A stretch of DNA of 64,000 bases from Hyphochytrium catenoides (GCA_900088475.1 FLMG01004137.1:1-64000), one strand, 5' to 3'. Positions 1-12,812 are shown, counted from the first letter of the stretch. Translations and numbers: made by a program. The notes: generated by a model not told the origin, from the sequence alone.

Positions 1-2688
1 CAGGGGCCAGATACTATTATTGCTTCCCTGCATTCTATCAAGACCCAGCGACAACGCCATCAACCAACAAAGAAGCCCAAGTAATTTGGATCTGTGCAGG
101 CTCTTGCTTTCTTCTCCGACTGAAGAAGGTCTGATGAGCTGAAGTGGGTAGTTTCCCTGATGTTATTTTTCAGAGGCGAGTGTTGATGCAAGAGATCTAC
201 TGTGTACGACGACGAAGATTTTCTTCCTCAAGAAGAGTCACACTGGACAACATATGACATGCTTCTCTCCAAAGAATGAAGATAATTAAAGAGAACGATC
301 ACTAGTCAGCATAATATGGCGTATCGATACTTGTGGGCCCTTTCTTTCTTGCTTCTGTCTTCATCAGCTATAGCCAGCCTACCTGATGGAGCAGAAGTGA
401 ACTTATAGTTCTGAGACCATCAGACATGGGCCATGCCCCGCTGTCCCCCGGTGGAGCTATAGATACGGTACTGGCAAGACAGAGAAGTGATGTATCACTG
501 GCTACTTGGGCTGTTGCCGATGGGCAGCCCGTAAGCATTTGTGGTTCATCTAGCACAAAGAGAAGAAGGTGCCTATGCACTGAAAATGAGCTCCCATCTT
601 CCTGCTCTCGGCATTTCAGTTTCTCCCCCCACATGTCTCCTTCCTTTCTTCGACAAAACTTATTATACTTACTTCCCAGAAGAGGCAGTAGATAATAACA
701 GCTGAAGAGGTGCGGTGGAGTGCGCAGGAAAAGTAAAGAGAGCCATGTACTAGCTGTTTCTTGGCCCTTCCTCTGTGAAGCTTTGTGTGGACGAATATTT
801 TGCAGTTGCACAAAGAGCAAGAAGGAGTGATCGAGGGAGGAGCCGGCGACGCGACACAACCTGTGAAGTCCGACCGATTTTTATGTTTGATCGTGGGTTA
901 CAAACTACACGGCAAAGAGGATCATCACTGCTGCTGCCGCTCACGCACAGTTCAATTAGAGAATAGCTTACGTGTTGCTAGTGGAACCTTTTTACCTTAC
1001 GGAGGAGAGGATTCCTACCATAGCAACATCTTCCTGTAGAACCTGCCATCACTCGACCCACAGGCAAACAAGGCTCAACGGCACCAAAGCTGACAGTGGA
1101 ACAACAGCACAAATTCAGAATAGCAGGCTCTTCCCAGATGAAGTAGTGACAGTGTACAGAAGCAAAGGAGCAAAGGGACAATGCAGGTTGTAAGAGAGGG
1201 AAGAAGCGAAGGTTAGAGAGGTGGAAAGAGGGAAAGGCGAGAGATAATACGTAGAAGGGAGGTCACAGGAATAAGAGGAGGGAGACAGAGAGGACCACAA
1301 GAACGAGACAGAGAGAGACAGTTCGGCAGTTGTCAATAGGCTTGGATGGCGTCCCTCACAATCAGAACCTCTTCTCCTCCTTTACTAGAGAGCACAGCAT
1401 CTCTCTGAGGAAGGACAGACCACACTGGGCCTTACCTCCCACATAGATAGAGCACGGTGGAGCAATTATGGGGAGAATATGCGTCATACAGGGTCAATGA
1501 GTTTACAGCGAGGAATAAGTATAGGTAAGCTGCGCCGCCTTCCGTTTGTTGATGGGAAGGAAATGCCTGTCATTTGTAATATGGTCCGACGGACCAAATA
1601 GCCGGCCAAAAGGGCATACAATGGAAAAAGGGATCACGCCATAGTTAAGCTTATACTCGTAGTACTTATTAGTACCTATAAGGTCTGGTACTATTACTGG
1701 AGAAATTATTATCGGACTTCATCTTACCTCAATAACCTTAGCAGTCATTAGTGCCGTGGCATTCCTAACCTAAACCCTGTCCAGTATTTTGCTGTTGCAG
1801 AATAGAAGGCGCTAACCTTGGCCTAAGACGCATCTGTGTTGCGTGCCCTCCCCAATTCCTTTGGACTCCCCGAACTTTTCTTGGGCAGGCAGAGGTATCA
1901 CGATTTTTACTCAGATTTGGCGCATGGGTAACCAGAAGACACTGTGTCTTGCATAGTGCCTTGGCTAGTCATAGGAGCCGTTTCGGGTTGGCTGATGATG
2001 GCCGACCAAGGGCTCCCCAGAGCTCAAGAAGGCCAGGGACACAAGAGAAGAGCGATGGAGGAGGGAAGAAAGAGGGTTGAGGCAGACTGAGACAATTTGA
2101 TGGTATGATAATAGGATCTGGACTATGAAGGGAACGCTGTTGAGAGTGAGAAGAAGAGGAAGAGAGACCAGGCTACTAATGATGCTTGTGATGAATCGTA
2201 TGAGTCTATTATTAGACTCAGAAGCATCAGTCGTCCTTCAGCACGAGAAGGCGCCTGGTTGTTTATATCTAGCACTGGCTCCTTGCCGTTCGTTCCAGCA
2301 CTCATTACCCATGTTGACAGTGGAGCCAGAAGATCAGTTGTACCTTCCTGCCACATTCGGGCTTGGGCTTCTCATCATCGTTCTAGCAGACTTTTCTAGC
2401 AGTGGACCTGATTGTAATATTCTAGGACCCAAGATTTATTTCTGCCCCTCCTTATTGAGAGATTGAAGAGGAGGATCAGCACTGCAATATTTTGCATCAA
2501 GCTCACAACTCAATCTGCTGGAAGAGTGGCAAACCCCTTCAGTCACTCTTTCTTCTGTAGCAGTCCTTCCACTCATCTGCCGCCAACACATTCCAGCCCA
2601 AGTATTCCCACACTTGGGCACGGTTGCTGTTGACTCTTCCACCCACCAAAGGCGCAGTCTTCTTCGCCAATACACCTTAACAAGAACC

Positions 2689-3387
2689 ATGTTGAAGCAA
2701 GGGTACTTACTCTACTATCCCTCTTTGACTGCAGTGCCACAGCAGTATTTCTTTGCGTTAAACGAGGAAGGAAAGCTCAACTACTATGAGTCCGTTGACG
2801 GACCATTCCTCGGCTGTGTTAACCTCTCGGGATGCAAAAATCGGGTAGTGATCCTTACAAACACCGGAGATCACAGCGATCAGTTGTTCAGAGTAGAGAT
2901 TACGCAGATCCTAGATTGTGACGGTCTAAGCTATGAGGTTGGGCAGTCATTCAAGCTTATCTTTGGTGCCGCTAGCGAGGAGTCTCGTGCAACTTGGTGT
3001 GACCTTCTTCTTAACTGGAGGAGAAACTTTTTCAGCGCTGAGGATGCCGAGCTAGACGAGGACGAATGTAGGAGGGAGTACACGAAACTCCGCAGCATTC
3101 TTAAGGGCATCGAGTGCAGTAATGACCCTGCCATGGACAGCCCGAAGGTTCACAGGAAGGCATCTGCAGCGGTTCAGGAACCCGTAGTGAAAAAAGCGGT
3201 CAGTACTGGCAAGCTCTCCTCGGCTGCTGCCAAAAACGTTACGATGGACAAGAGTCTGCCATCCAGTATGTACACATTTCTCAAGACAGGGTCGAAAACA
3301 TTTTCGAAGAAAAACCCTTTCTCCTTCACCAACATCGTGGAGAAGTCTTTCCAGACAAATGCAGGAACCTCAAGCATTATGGTGTAG
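2689..3387 (+). CDS. Intronless PH-domain protein (232 aa)
   Basis: ATG at 2689 opens MLKQGYL...YFFALNEEGKLNYYES...LGCVNL...FGAASEESRATWCDLL, the typical PH pattern with the helix Trp. A low-complexity Ser/Lys-rich tail follows. Confidence 0.8.
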   Translation: MLKQGYLLYYPSLTAVPQQYFFALNEEGKLNYYESVDGPFLGCVNLSGCKNRVVILTNTGDHSDQLFRVEITQILDCDGLSYEVGQSFKLIFGAASEESRATWCDLLLNWRRNFFSAEDAELDEDECRREYTKLRSILKGIECSNDPAMDSPKVHRKASAAVQEPVVKKAVSTGKLSSAAAKNVTMDKSLPSSMYTFLKTGSKTFSKKNPFSFTNIVEKSFQTNAGTSSIMV

Positions 3388-4516
3388 TGTCTTTTGTTGG
3401 TCCGCCAGCTATTTATGGTGATGTGTGGCATCTACAGGTGTCCTTCCGCACGGGTGGTTTACCTGCAGTTCTTTATTAGTGCTGCATTGGTGAGACCAAG
3501 GCCCAAGGCTCTTAATTATGCACGGATGGGTATGATATGAATGCCCATGGAGCCGAAGAAGCAGGGGCTTCCAACAATGTCGGTTAGTCTTTTTCCTTAG
3601 TGTGTAGTTGTGTCATTCCTCCCTTTGACGTGAAGCACCAGGAAATATCATCAGTGTGCGACTTATTTATTATAGGAAGGTTAGGATCATATCCAGGCTG
3701 GCTTTTTATAGTTTGCTGCAACAAATGGAAGACCTAGTAATGAACGTATAAACAAAGCTTTCCTCCTCCTTCTGCTGGCTGTTGATATCACTGGTGGGTA
3801 CCTCTTTATCTTCATCAACGTCCATCATCAAAAGTAACGTACTTTGGGAACTATGGCCAAAATCTCAATAGGAGAATGATAAGATAAGAAGCAGCTGGCT
3901 CGTTGTCCTGCTTCATTTGCCTTGCTCAAGAACCACTACATACTGGGCAGGTGTTGCCTTGTTACTTTATTTACGCCTTCTCTTTTACCTCGTAGTAGAG
4001 CACCAGAAATTGCCATTTTACTTTAAAAAAATAGATTGCTTTGACTTCCATTTTTTCTGACATGTACGTCCTGTCGGTTATACAATAATTGATGAGAAGA
4101 GAGGAAGAAGAAAGAGGATAATGGAAGAAACGATGATGAGATATAGAACTCGGGGGAAAGAAGAAAGAAGAGAGGGTGCGAGAATGAGGTATTGGACTCG
4201 CTCTGCAGCTTGTCCTCCTCTGTAAATACTGTGACATGAACATGAAGAAGAAGCAGCAGCCAGAAGAGCATGCAAAAAACCAAACACGAATACGAATCAT
4301 GAGGCCTGAAGTCCGCCAGCACCTGAGATTGACCCTCTGGGACAGTACTAACTCGACAGGGTGAACTACAGTAAGAAGGAAAACTACCATCTCATGCACT
4401 GTTGCAGGTTGATGACTGATGACGCAGTCTGTCCTCTGTTATTACTCGTAGCTGTCCTCGTACGAACCTCGTACACAAATGAATAGCATCGGTTAGCGGC
4501 TACCAAATCAAGCCAG

Positions 4517-4530
4517 AAAAAATGAAAAAA
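4517..4530 (-). terminator. Pol III oligo-T terminator of tRNA-iMet
   Basis: Two T6 runs on the minus strand (4525-4530, 4517-4522), the first starting 4 nt after the tRNA 3' end. Confidence 0.8.
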
Positions 4531-4533
4531 GAT

Positions 4534-4605
4534 TAGCTGAGCACGGTTTCGATCCGTGGACCTGTGGGTTATGGGCCCACCACGCTTCCTCTGCGCCACT
4601 CAGCT
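4534..4605 (-). tRNA. Initiator tRNA-Met (CAT)
   Basis: Minus strand reads AGCTGAGTGGCGCAGAGGAAGCGTGGTGGGCCCATAACCCACAGGTCCACGGATCGAAACCGTGCTCAGCTA (72 nt). It has an A1:U72 pair, three consecutive G:C pairs in the anticodon stem, CAT anticodon and GATCGAAA T-loop, all eukaryotic initiator hallmarks. Confidence 0.97.
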
Positions 4606-4948
4606 GCTGCTGTTGATAAGAGAAGGAAGGCGGATACATATAAGCTGAAAAGTCCCGAGAGTATTGACCACTCCGGTGACGGTCTTTCAAGCCTTTATTA
4701 CTCGTACAAAGGAAACTCTTCCATCGCACAGTGATGAACAGCTCCTCGGCAGCCAGAAACCACCATCATTGCTGATGTCAAGAAATTCATCGTCGCCGCC
4801 CAACTCGTCGCCTACTCCTCGTTGCTCCTCTCTGTTGCCGTCCTCTTCCTCCTGCTCCTCGTCTTTTGGGGCAGTTAGATGAGGACCAGAGACCGTAGCA
4901 GCATCGGCTCTTACTACTATGCCATCGGCCTGGTTCAGACGGCAACAT

Positions 4949-5900
4949 TTATTCACCGACGATACACTTGCTCGAGGCATTTCTAGCAAGTCCGGCCTTC
5001 TCATCATCGCTAACCTTGAACTCGGTCGGCACTGCAAATACCACTGGTGTGGATGCTGTGATGCGCTTCGAGCCCGTACTTCCAGACAATCTGCCCATCG
5101 TTGGCAGTCCTTTTCCCGTTCTCCGGCTTCAGATGAGCACACTCTGGGCAGCGCACTGGAAGATTAGTGGAAGCATCGCCATGGCAGACCTCTGAACAGC
5201 CCCGTAGGAGAGCTTGTCGTACCGCCAGAAGCATGAGCTCTCGAGTTTGACGTTAGGCTTCTTGTTCTTGCCCTTTATTACAAAGAGCGAGAGCTGCTGA
5301 CACCTGATATCGCTGTCTACGCCACAGAAGCCGCAGACCTTCTCCAGCTTAGCCCCCTTGACATAGTCCTTATCTAGTATATGAGCTGCTACGTGAGGCC
5401 TTAATTCCTTTCGCAACCACTGAGAAGAGCAAAAACGGCAAACAACGCTTTCCGTTCCCCTGGTCCCTGCTGCTAGGGAAGGCGATCCTACCTCCTTGGT
5501 AAGTGAAACGGCTGGTGGGCGACCTCTCTTCTTGTCAACCCCCGGAAGCCGTCCGACGCCAGCGAAGAGCAGAGCTTGGAGAGATGCCGATGGAGACGAG
5601 ATCATCTGCTTCTTCTGCTGCTGCCGCAAATGAAGCTGCTACCACTACCTGGGTTTTCTCGAATGTGCCCTTAGCTGGCGTTCGGACTTACTTCAACTCA
5701 GATGAGATGATCACAGCATCCCTTTCTACGAATGGGCCAAATCATCCCAAATTCCTTCAGCTAAAGCACAAGCAGTTGCCAGCTCAATCCTTGATGGAGC
5801 AATCGTCATTGCTTCTTACTTCTAAAAAGTACCTAGGTGCCAAAATCCTTCTGACTGGAACACCTTGTCTCGTTCTACCTCTGGAGCGAGCATTCCTAAT
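4949..5900 (-). pseudogene. Degenerate Cys/His zinc-binding protein gene, possibly a transposon relic
   Basis: One coherent protein is split over three frames: CRFC...HVAAHIL...CGFCG...SSC...SYGAVQRSAMAM, frameshift ~5172, STNLPVRCPEC...VWKYGLEAHH, frameshift ~5048, PVVFAVPTEFKVSDDEK. Several in-frame stops lie upstream (5650-5850). Confidence 0.6.
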
Positions 5901-6130
5901 GGAATTCTAGAACACTTTAGTCAAGCCTCTTTCCATCCGCAGCTCTCCTACGATGGTATGCGAGCATCGTCGGGTTACCTCTGGAGCGAGCATCGTAATC
6001 TATGTTAGTCAAGCTTCTTTCCATCGTTGCAACTCTCCTACGATTGTAGGCGAGCATCGTTATCTGGTTACCTCTGGAGCGAGCATCGTAATGTAGTAGA
6101 ACTATGCTAGTCAAGCTCCTTGCCATCTTT
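5876..6130. repeat. Degenerate tandem repeat, ~93-100 bp unit, ~2.7 copies
   Basis: TACCTCTGGAGCGAGCAT recurs at 5876, 5976 and 6069, each followed by TAGTCAAGC...CCATC. Confidence 0.9.
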
Positions 6131-6717
6131 GCAAAATCCTACTACAGCTCGGCGATGAATAAGAGTACCTCTTGTTGGCCTACCCGAGAGCATTGTTCGA
6201 TGGAGGTATGACTCTTGTTCATAGAACACACCACTAGGAAAGTCTTTAATGAGGAGAAGGTCTTGGTGGATAGTCCTAAGAGGCCTACTCGTACCAGTAA
6301 TCAACCTAAAAGGTCTCTGCAACTGATTTGTCTCATACGGCGGATGACATAACCTCGCGCTTGCTGCAAAGTTTGGAGAAAGAACTGCAGAGCAGTCTTC
6401 CATGTCAGAATGGACTTCATGTTGCAGCCAACCGAAGGCTGATATTTTTGAAGTACCCTGCTTCCAAAAGCGAGCTGTAAGCGACAAATGGGGCAAGCTT
6501 ATAGGGTCAACAGGTACAGGACAAGGCTACCGAAGGGTTTGATATGGTACTTAATATAGTTTAGGAAGACTGAAGTATCGGCTAACAGTTGACCGTAAGC
6601 TCGGTAGTTGATGGCCAGGCAGAAAGCAGTCTCCAGTAGGGCTATAGTGCGCAAGTTCATGTGGGCACAGGATATATCACACAAGCTTTAGAAAATGATC
6701 TGCCGCCGAGAAGTTGC

Positions 6718-8573
6718 TCAAGAGTTGCGCCAAATGGCGTCTGACATTTTCGCTACATCTATCATCTCTCCGACGTCATGGACCCGGATAAGGTCACATC
6801 CACCAGCGATGGCAGCCGCGCAAGTAGCTGCTGTGCCCATAGTCCTATCCTTGGGATCATCCTTGCCACAGATGGTCCCTATGAACTTTTTCCTTGAGGA
6901 TCCAACCTTATGCAAGAGTTAGAGAAGGCTGAGCGGGGAGATTATATGGAGACTCCTCTCACCATCACACCGGAGCCTTCACTACCCTCGACGAAACGTC
7001 GCATATTCCGAAGTAGCTCCAAGTTTTCCGGTTTTCCTTTTGAAAAGCCTATGTAGAGGGCAATAAGTGGGGCCAGTTGCGTCTGCTGGTCATTGCTCCC
7101 AAGCCTTACCAATGCCCGGATCCGTTAAAATCTGCCATCTGGGTATGCCTGATAATGTCGCTTCCCTTACCCTCTCGTTGACCTCCCGCAACACATCCTC
7201 TACAACGTTCTGGTAGTCCTGCATGACAGAATACACAGCCCCATTAACTAAGAAGATGTCGGTCAGCCACAATATACTGTCGGGGCCTATTCTTCACCTT
7301 CATAGCTTTCATCGTCCTAGCATTGCCTCTCATATGCATCAGGATAATCTTGCAGCATGGGCAAAGCCAATATGAGGACTGTTAGTGGAACAAAGACAGC
7401 TGTAGGAGCACAACGCACCGGAATGCCTAGCTCACGGACAAGACCAAACATCTTCTCGTCGTGCTGGCCAGCTGAAATGTCATTGATAACATTTGCCCCT
7501 GCTTCAATGGCAGCACGTGCCACAGCAGCTTTGGTGGTGTCCACAGAGATTGGTATCGATGAGCTTGTCCGAATGGCGCGGATGGCCGGAACTACTCTGT
7601 TAATCTCCTCTTCCTCGGAGACTTCAATAGCGCCTATTACGTTTTCTACGTTAGCTTCGCATCAATATGGTGCTAGAGAAGATGAATAAGACTGCTAGTT
7701 TTACACCTGGTCGAGATGATTCTCCGCCAAGGTCAATCATGTCGCAGCCTAGTTTTTCCATCTGCAGTGCCATTTTAGCTGCCCGTTCTGTCGTAATGTA
7801 GGCGCCACCGTCACTAAAGCTATCGGGTGTCACGTTAATTACTCCCACCACATAGGTTTTGGCGCCCAAAGTCCAGATAGTTGAGCCAAAGGACACGACA
7901 CGCTGAGGCAGGGGATAAGTGGCTGGCTTTTGTGTCTGAAGTCTCCGATACAGCTCTATTATTGGCTCCTTCAGTACTGGATGCCGTAGCTCTTGGTCTA
8001 AGTCACACAATGGTCGTAGGACGAAGTCTCGTTCAGGTATCAAGGCGTGAGGAACCTTTAGCGGTCCTTCAGGAGTATTGCAGTCTATAACGTCATCGTT
8101 GTAGAATAAAATGTCCAAGTCCACCACGCGAGGTCCATATCTACGGTATAGATAGTTAGGGAATCGTATAACGATGCATCGCGCGCGGTGTTCAAGAAGG
8201 CGTGAGGTACGGTACCTAATGTTTGGCTCCCGTCCTAACTCTACCTCAATCTTCTTTATGGTAGATAACAGCTCTTCCGGGGAAAGACGAGTTACCACGC
8301 GACATGCCGCATTGAGAAATTGAGGTTGATTCTCGACGTATTGGGGTGACGTCTGGTAGAGGCAAGAAGTTTGTTCGACTTGCCCTACCCGAGAACGGAG
8401 GGCTGTTATAGCACTCAGCAAGTGGCGAGCACGATCACCTGTAAATCATCTTTTCCTGTTAGGCATGCGAGCCCAGAGGCAGCATAGTCCTTCTTACCTA
8501 GGTTGCTTCCTAGGGCGAGATAAACAACGTTCTGTTCTCTTCTTCGCATCAGAGTTGTGGTTATTTTAAACAT
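6718..8573 (-). CDS. folKP: Bifunctional HPPK-dihydropteroate synthase (folate biosynthesis), multi-exon
   Basis: HPPK motifs: VYLALGSNLG, QPQFLNAA, YGPRVVDLDILFY, VPH...ERDFVLRPL. DHPS motifs: GVINVTPDSFSDGG, IDLGGESSRPG, ISVDT, INDISAG, DPGIGF, GSSRKKF, IRVHDV. Introns are GT-AG. The start may lie further upstream (see findings). Confidence 0.95.
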
Positions 8574-9633
8574 CAGGGGTCGTCAACTGTGGTAGGTCCG
8601 CTTTCCCTACTTCAGGTGCCAACAAGCCCCAAGCTTACTTGAACAGCATACAATATGACGTTAACCCGACAACGGTGCCAAGACGTTGAATGGAGCTTCT
8701 AGGGCTACATGCTGAATCATTTGTAATAGTTGGAGAACCACTTGCATGGATGGAAGAAAGAAACAGACTGAACAAAGGACGGCCAACGTTTGCTTGCTAG
8801 GCTAAGAGTACCATTGGCACTGTCATAGCGACGCCATGCCCTAGGAACAGCACTACCGTCTGGCCAATAGGTCGCTTTGATGGAGCTTCTTTTGGCAGCT
8901 TCTGATTCTGCTGCCATTGACAGAGAGAGACCTTGGCTCTCTTGATGAAAGAGAGCACCAATCACGAACATCAGAAGAATGCCGCTAACTTGAACAGCGC
9001 TCGGTCATGGGAATGACGAATACTTCGTACCTCTAATGAACGTCATACCTGATGTGTACAAAATCCCGTCCTCTCTCGAGAATAAGTGGCATACTGGTTT
9101 GGCATCATTACACTCATAATCGATAGCCTTAGTCCATCAGAAAGGGCCGCTAACGGTGCAGTCACAGGAGTCGTTACATTGGCCGAGGGCTAGGGCCTGG
9201 CTGTCTTCCTCATGGCCTGGATCCTCTTCCGTTCCTCTCCACTCCTCCTACGCGGCGAGCCTTGTTTCTTATTGAAGGTCAGTCGTTGGATGCCTCGCAC
9301 ACTACTCCTCAGCAGAGCATGAGATGCATGCAGATAGCAAAGGAAAGTCAGGCGTGAGAGTTCGCTCGTCAGGGATGAGGGGTTGAGAGCCCAATTGAAA
9401 TCGCCTACGAAGCTGCCCCTTCGTTACGCTGAGTAGCTCGGTTCGCCAGGATTTAAGAAGCGGCCCCTGGTGTGAAGCTTTCTTCTTGGGCCTGCCCTTT
9501 CTCTTTGGCTACTTTGTCATCATACCTCCCTCTTTGGCGGCTCTGCGAGTCTCCTGGGAGCGGGAAGGCTCCCTCCTCATCCCTCGCGCCAGTATGACTG
9601 CTATGCCAGCTGAAACAGTGTAAGTACAGGGCC

Positions 9634-12600
9634 ATGGAGGTCACTCCTGCAGGCAAGGCGTCCTTATCGCCACCAGCAGAGGCCACTCCTGTGCCAAAAG
9701 AGGTTCCGATGCCTGAGCCTCTACCTCAGCTTAGGCTTGGGGAGAACAATGTGAAGGAAGATGGGACACAGAATACAGGTAGAGCCCCATCCGATTGCTG
9801 TCCAGTCTGCATGGTTTCTAATATTGAACGTCATTGCTTTACCTAATCGGCCTCTCTGTCTTGATAAAGACTATCACAACGCTATCAACCAGAAAATTTT
9901 CGTGGGAAATGTTGGGATACAGATCCTCTCGGCAAAGCAGCTGGTTGTGAAGGTAGGTGAAGGGCAACAGCTGGATGCGACAAAGCCAGCACATGGAGAT
10001 CATGCTTTTCTGACGGATGGATATGCGCATGACAGAATATCACACCGGAGGAGCTTGCCGCGCTGGAGAGCGTGCATTGCAAGATTACCTTTGGAGAGCA
10101 GACCCAGAAAACCTCGACAATCATGATGGAAGAAGATGCGCAGAATGTAAGGAGGACCTGGCTTTTAACCACGGCGTTGATCGTGGCATGTGGACTAATC
10201 TTGGTGTTTTAAACGTCAAAAGGGCCTCAAATGTGCGTGGAACGAGGAATTCTCGCTAGCTATATATGCCAACCTTCTCAGGAAGGGTCTGATCAGGATG
10301 GATGTCTGGGCTGTTCTAGAGGGTGGACGAGATATTCACATTGGGCGGGCAAGGGTCAAGCTGTTGGACCTCCTCGCCCCTACAAAGCCCCACCAGGATG
10401 TTGTGGGGATGGAGTTGAAGCTCAAGTATAAGCAAGAAGTTAACGGGAAAGTTCTGCCTAAGATTGGCGGCATCCTGTCTGTCATTCTCAGTCCTGATAT
10501 CATTATTAGCAACGAGGTCTTAAACAAGACTCTTGCTGACCTGGAAGCAATGGAGGTAAGATTAACGCTCAACCTCACCTTATTGAGACTCACACCACAT
10601 ACCACAGACTGAGAAGCTCTGCCAGAAAACGAGTCGTTCAACGCAAAGTCTAAGCTCTACGGGGCAGCTATCCAAAGGAGTAAGGGACCTCGGTTTCTTC
10701 GTTGATGACGGACTCTGCACTCCTTGCTCATAGAATTCCCTATACCTTTATGATAGCAGGTTGACTATACTAGGAAGCATCGTGATTCAGTCCAAAAGTA
10801 AGTCTTAGATCAAGGCAGAGTTTTCGCTGCGTACCCCTTATAACCTTGGCCGCCTTCGGCTCCTGCAGAATCTGGACAGCATACAAAAAGTCAAAAGAAG
10901 CTTCTGAGAAGAAAGAGTTCTCACGACGTGTCAGAGCTTCCATCATGATGCAGGTACTGGGATACGAGGCCACTTGCCTTGGACTAAATACAAGTTTTTA
11001 ACGCATTCTGACTCCTGCTCTTGCTCTTTAGTCGCTCATTCGGGGACACCTTGTGCGGAGAGCTTATAGCACTAAGAGCTCTTCAAGGCTACTTCGGGAT
11101 GAGAGTGGGTCCCGAAATCAGGAAGCAGAACTGGCTGAAAGGGAAGCAGAAGCTGTAAGAGATATGGCGAGCCTTGGAAGAGACTGACACCTGTCTAAGA
11201 CTTCTCTTTTAGCAAATGAGAGCAGCGATAGACGAGTCAAACCAGCGAAAGAGGCAAGAGTTGTGGCCTCTTCCCTACGACTGCACACCTTCAAGCTGGC
11301 AGCCTCTGCCAGACGCTATCAACGTCCTCAAGGAGGTAGCAAGCTCAAGTCGCATTCGGGTGATGGCCATCACATGGAACATGTGCGCGAAAAATCCGCC
11401 GACCGACCTCAAAGTAGCCACTCCATCAACCTTTAATTCGTCGCCTATCTCTTATCTCCCAATGCATGTTGTCTTGGCAAGGTTCTCATCGTCCATATAG
11501 GTCACTCTCCTCTTATATTTTTGCTCTTTTTCCTTCCTGAAGCTTGAAGTCCCTGGGCATAGGTAACCTCTCTTTCTTTTTCAGGAACTTATTCCCTCCG
11601 ACCTCTTTCATATTTATGCAATCGGAACTGAAGAGTGCGAGAACAGGTAAGGTCAATCCTTGTGCCTTGCTTGGCTGGCACCCTCATTATCGTTCTTCCT
11701 ACCATTTCTCTCCTCAGTATTGCCAAGTCAATAGTTTTTACCGCCAAGAAGCAGTGGGAAGCCACTCTGAAGGCGCAACTTGGAGACAACTATGTGATGC
11801 TCTGTAGTCACGCACTGCAAGCAATACATCATAGCATATTTATTCACCGTGGCCTGCTGCCGCTTGTGACGGACGTCCATTCTGCTGCTGCCGCCACAGG
11901 GTTAGGGAACACGTTAGGCAATAAGGGAGGCATTGGAATCTCCTTCAGATTGGGTCACACATCGTTGCTCTTTGTCAACTGTCATCTGGAGGCTGGACAG
12001 AAGAACTATGCCTCCCGTAACGAGGACGTCCATCAAATTTGCGAGGAACTAGACTTACCGTCGGACTGGTAAGTTGGCTCGCACAAGATCTGCTTGTCTC
12101 GTCACTGAACCGTACTTATGGCCGGACTCCATATAGGACAAGTCCAAACTCCAACTCCACGAAGAGGGTGTTCGATAGGGTCTTTTGGTCTGGAGACCTA
12201 AACTATCGGATAAATGGGGCACGGCAGGTTGTTGATAATCTTATCGAGAAAGAGATGCACAAGGTAATCAATAGCTCATTTTTAACTGCTAGACTTGNNN
12301 NNNNNNNNNNNNNNNNNNNNNNNNNTTCCCTTTCTCAAGTTCACATCACTATATCCGCTTTTATAGGGCTTCAAAGAGGGTCCGCTCAACTTCAAGCCCA
12401 CATATAAGTACGACGAGAACTCAGATGACTATGATTCTTCATCAAAAGCAAGGATCCAATCGTGGACAGACAGGATTCTCTACTGGACCAAGGATAATGA
12501 ACAGGTGCGCTAGTCTCGGTCACATGCCAGAGCCTACTGGTCGCATGGCTTCTTTTGACATACTTCTTTTATGTGCTGCATCAGGGAATCAAGCTTCTGG

Positions 12601-12752
12601 CATACAATAGTGTCCAAACAATTCGGACCTCGGACCACAGACCAGTTTATGCTACATTTGATGTGCAGTTAGATCTTAACAGAGGTGTTCCAAGTCATAG
12701 GGAGGAGCTTAGAATTGACCAGTCACGAAGTGAAGTTTGCACTATACAGTGA
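9634..12752 (+). CDS. Inositol polyphosphate 5-phosphatase, INPP5E-like, with N-terminal C2 domain, IQ motif and C-terminal CaaX
   Basis: C2 exons: [34 protein letters not shown]...[11 protein letters not shown]-like: MMQ|[10 protein letters not shown]. Phosphatase motifs: [51 protein letters not shown]. The protein ends SEVCTIQ*. The N-gap at 12298-12325 probably hides the DQL exon. Start is approximate. Confidence 0.9.
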
Positions 12753-12812
12753 ATAGCATCTATTTTGTGAGCAATGGTATTTCTGTCTGGCTCTACTGAT
12801 CACTTGGTGGCA

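Noticed and set aside
1635-1885. Telomerase-RNA-like candidate: CCTAAACCCT at 1769-1778, a TATA-like site upstream and a small hairpin after it
   Set aside because: A 9-10-mer match is plausible by chance in 64 kb. An internal T4 run follows the template, and there is no convincing 5'/3' closing stem or verified snRNA-type promoter. Covariation across relatives would be needed.
1-2600. Short ORFs with GTGKTE and FDRG fragments, suggesting a P-loop or transposase relic
   Set aside because: The motifs are isolated, have no supporting context and form no consistent exon chain.
5876-6130. Repeat-spacer appearance reminiscent of CRISPR
   Set aside because: The 'spacers' are homologous to each other, so this is a plain tandem repeat. 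The context is eukaryotic with no cas genes.
12298-12325. Apparent loss of the conserved DQL segment in the 5-phosphatase
   Set aside because: It coincides with an assembly N-gap, so it is most likely missing sequence rather than biology.
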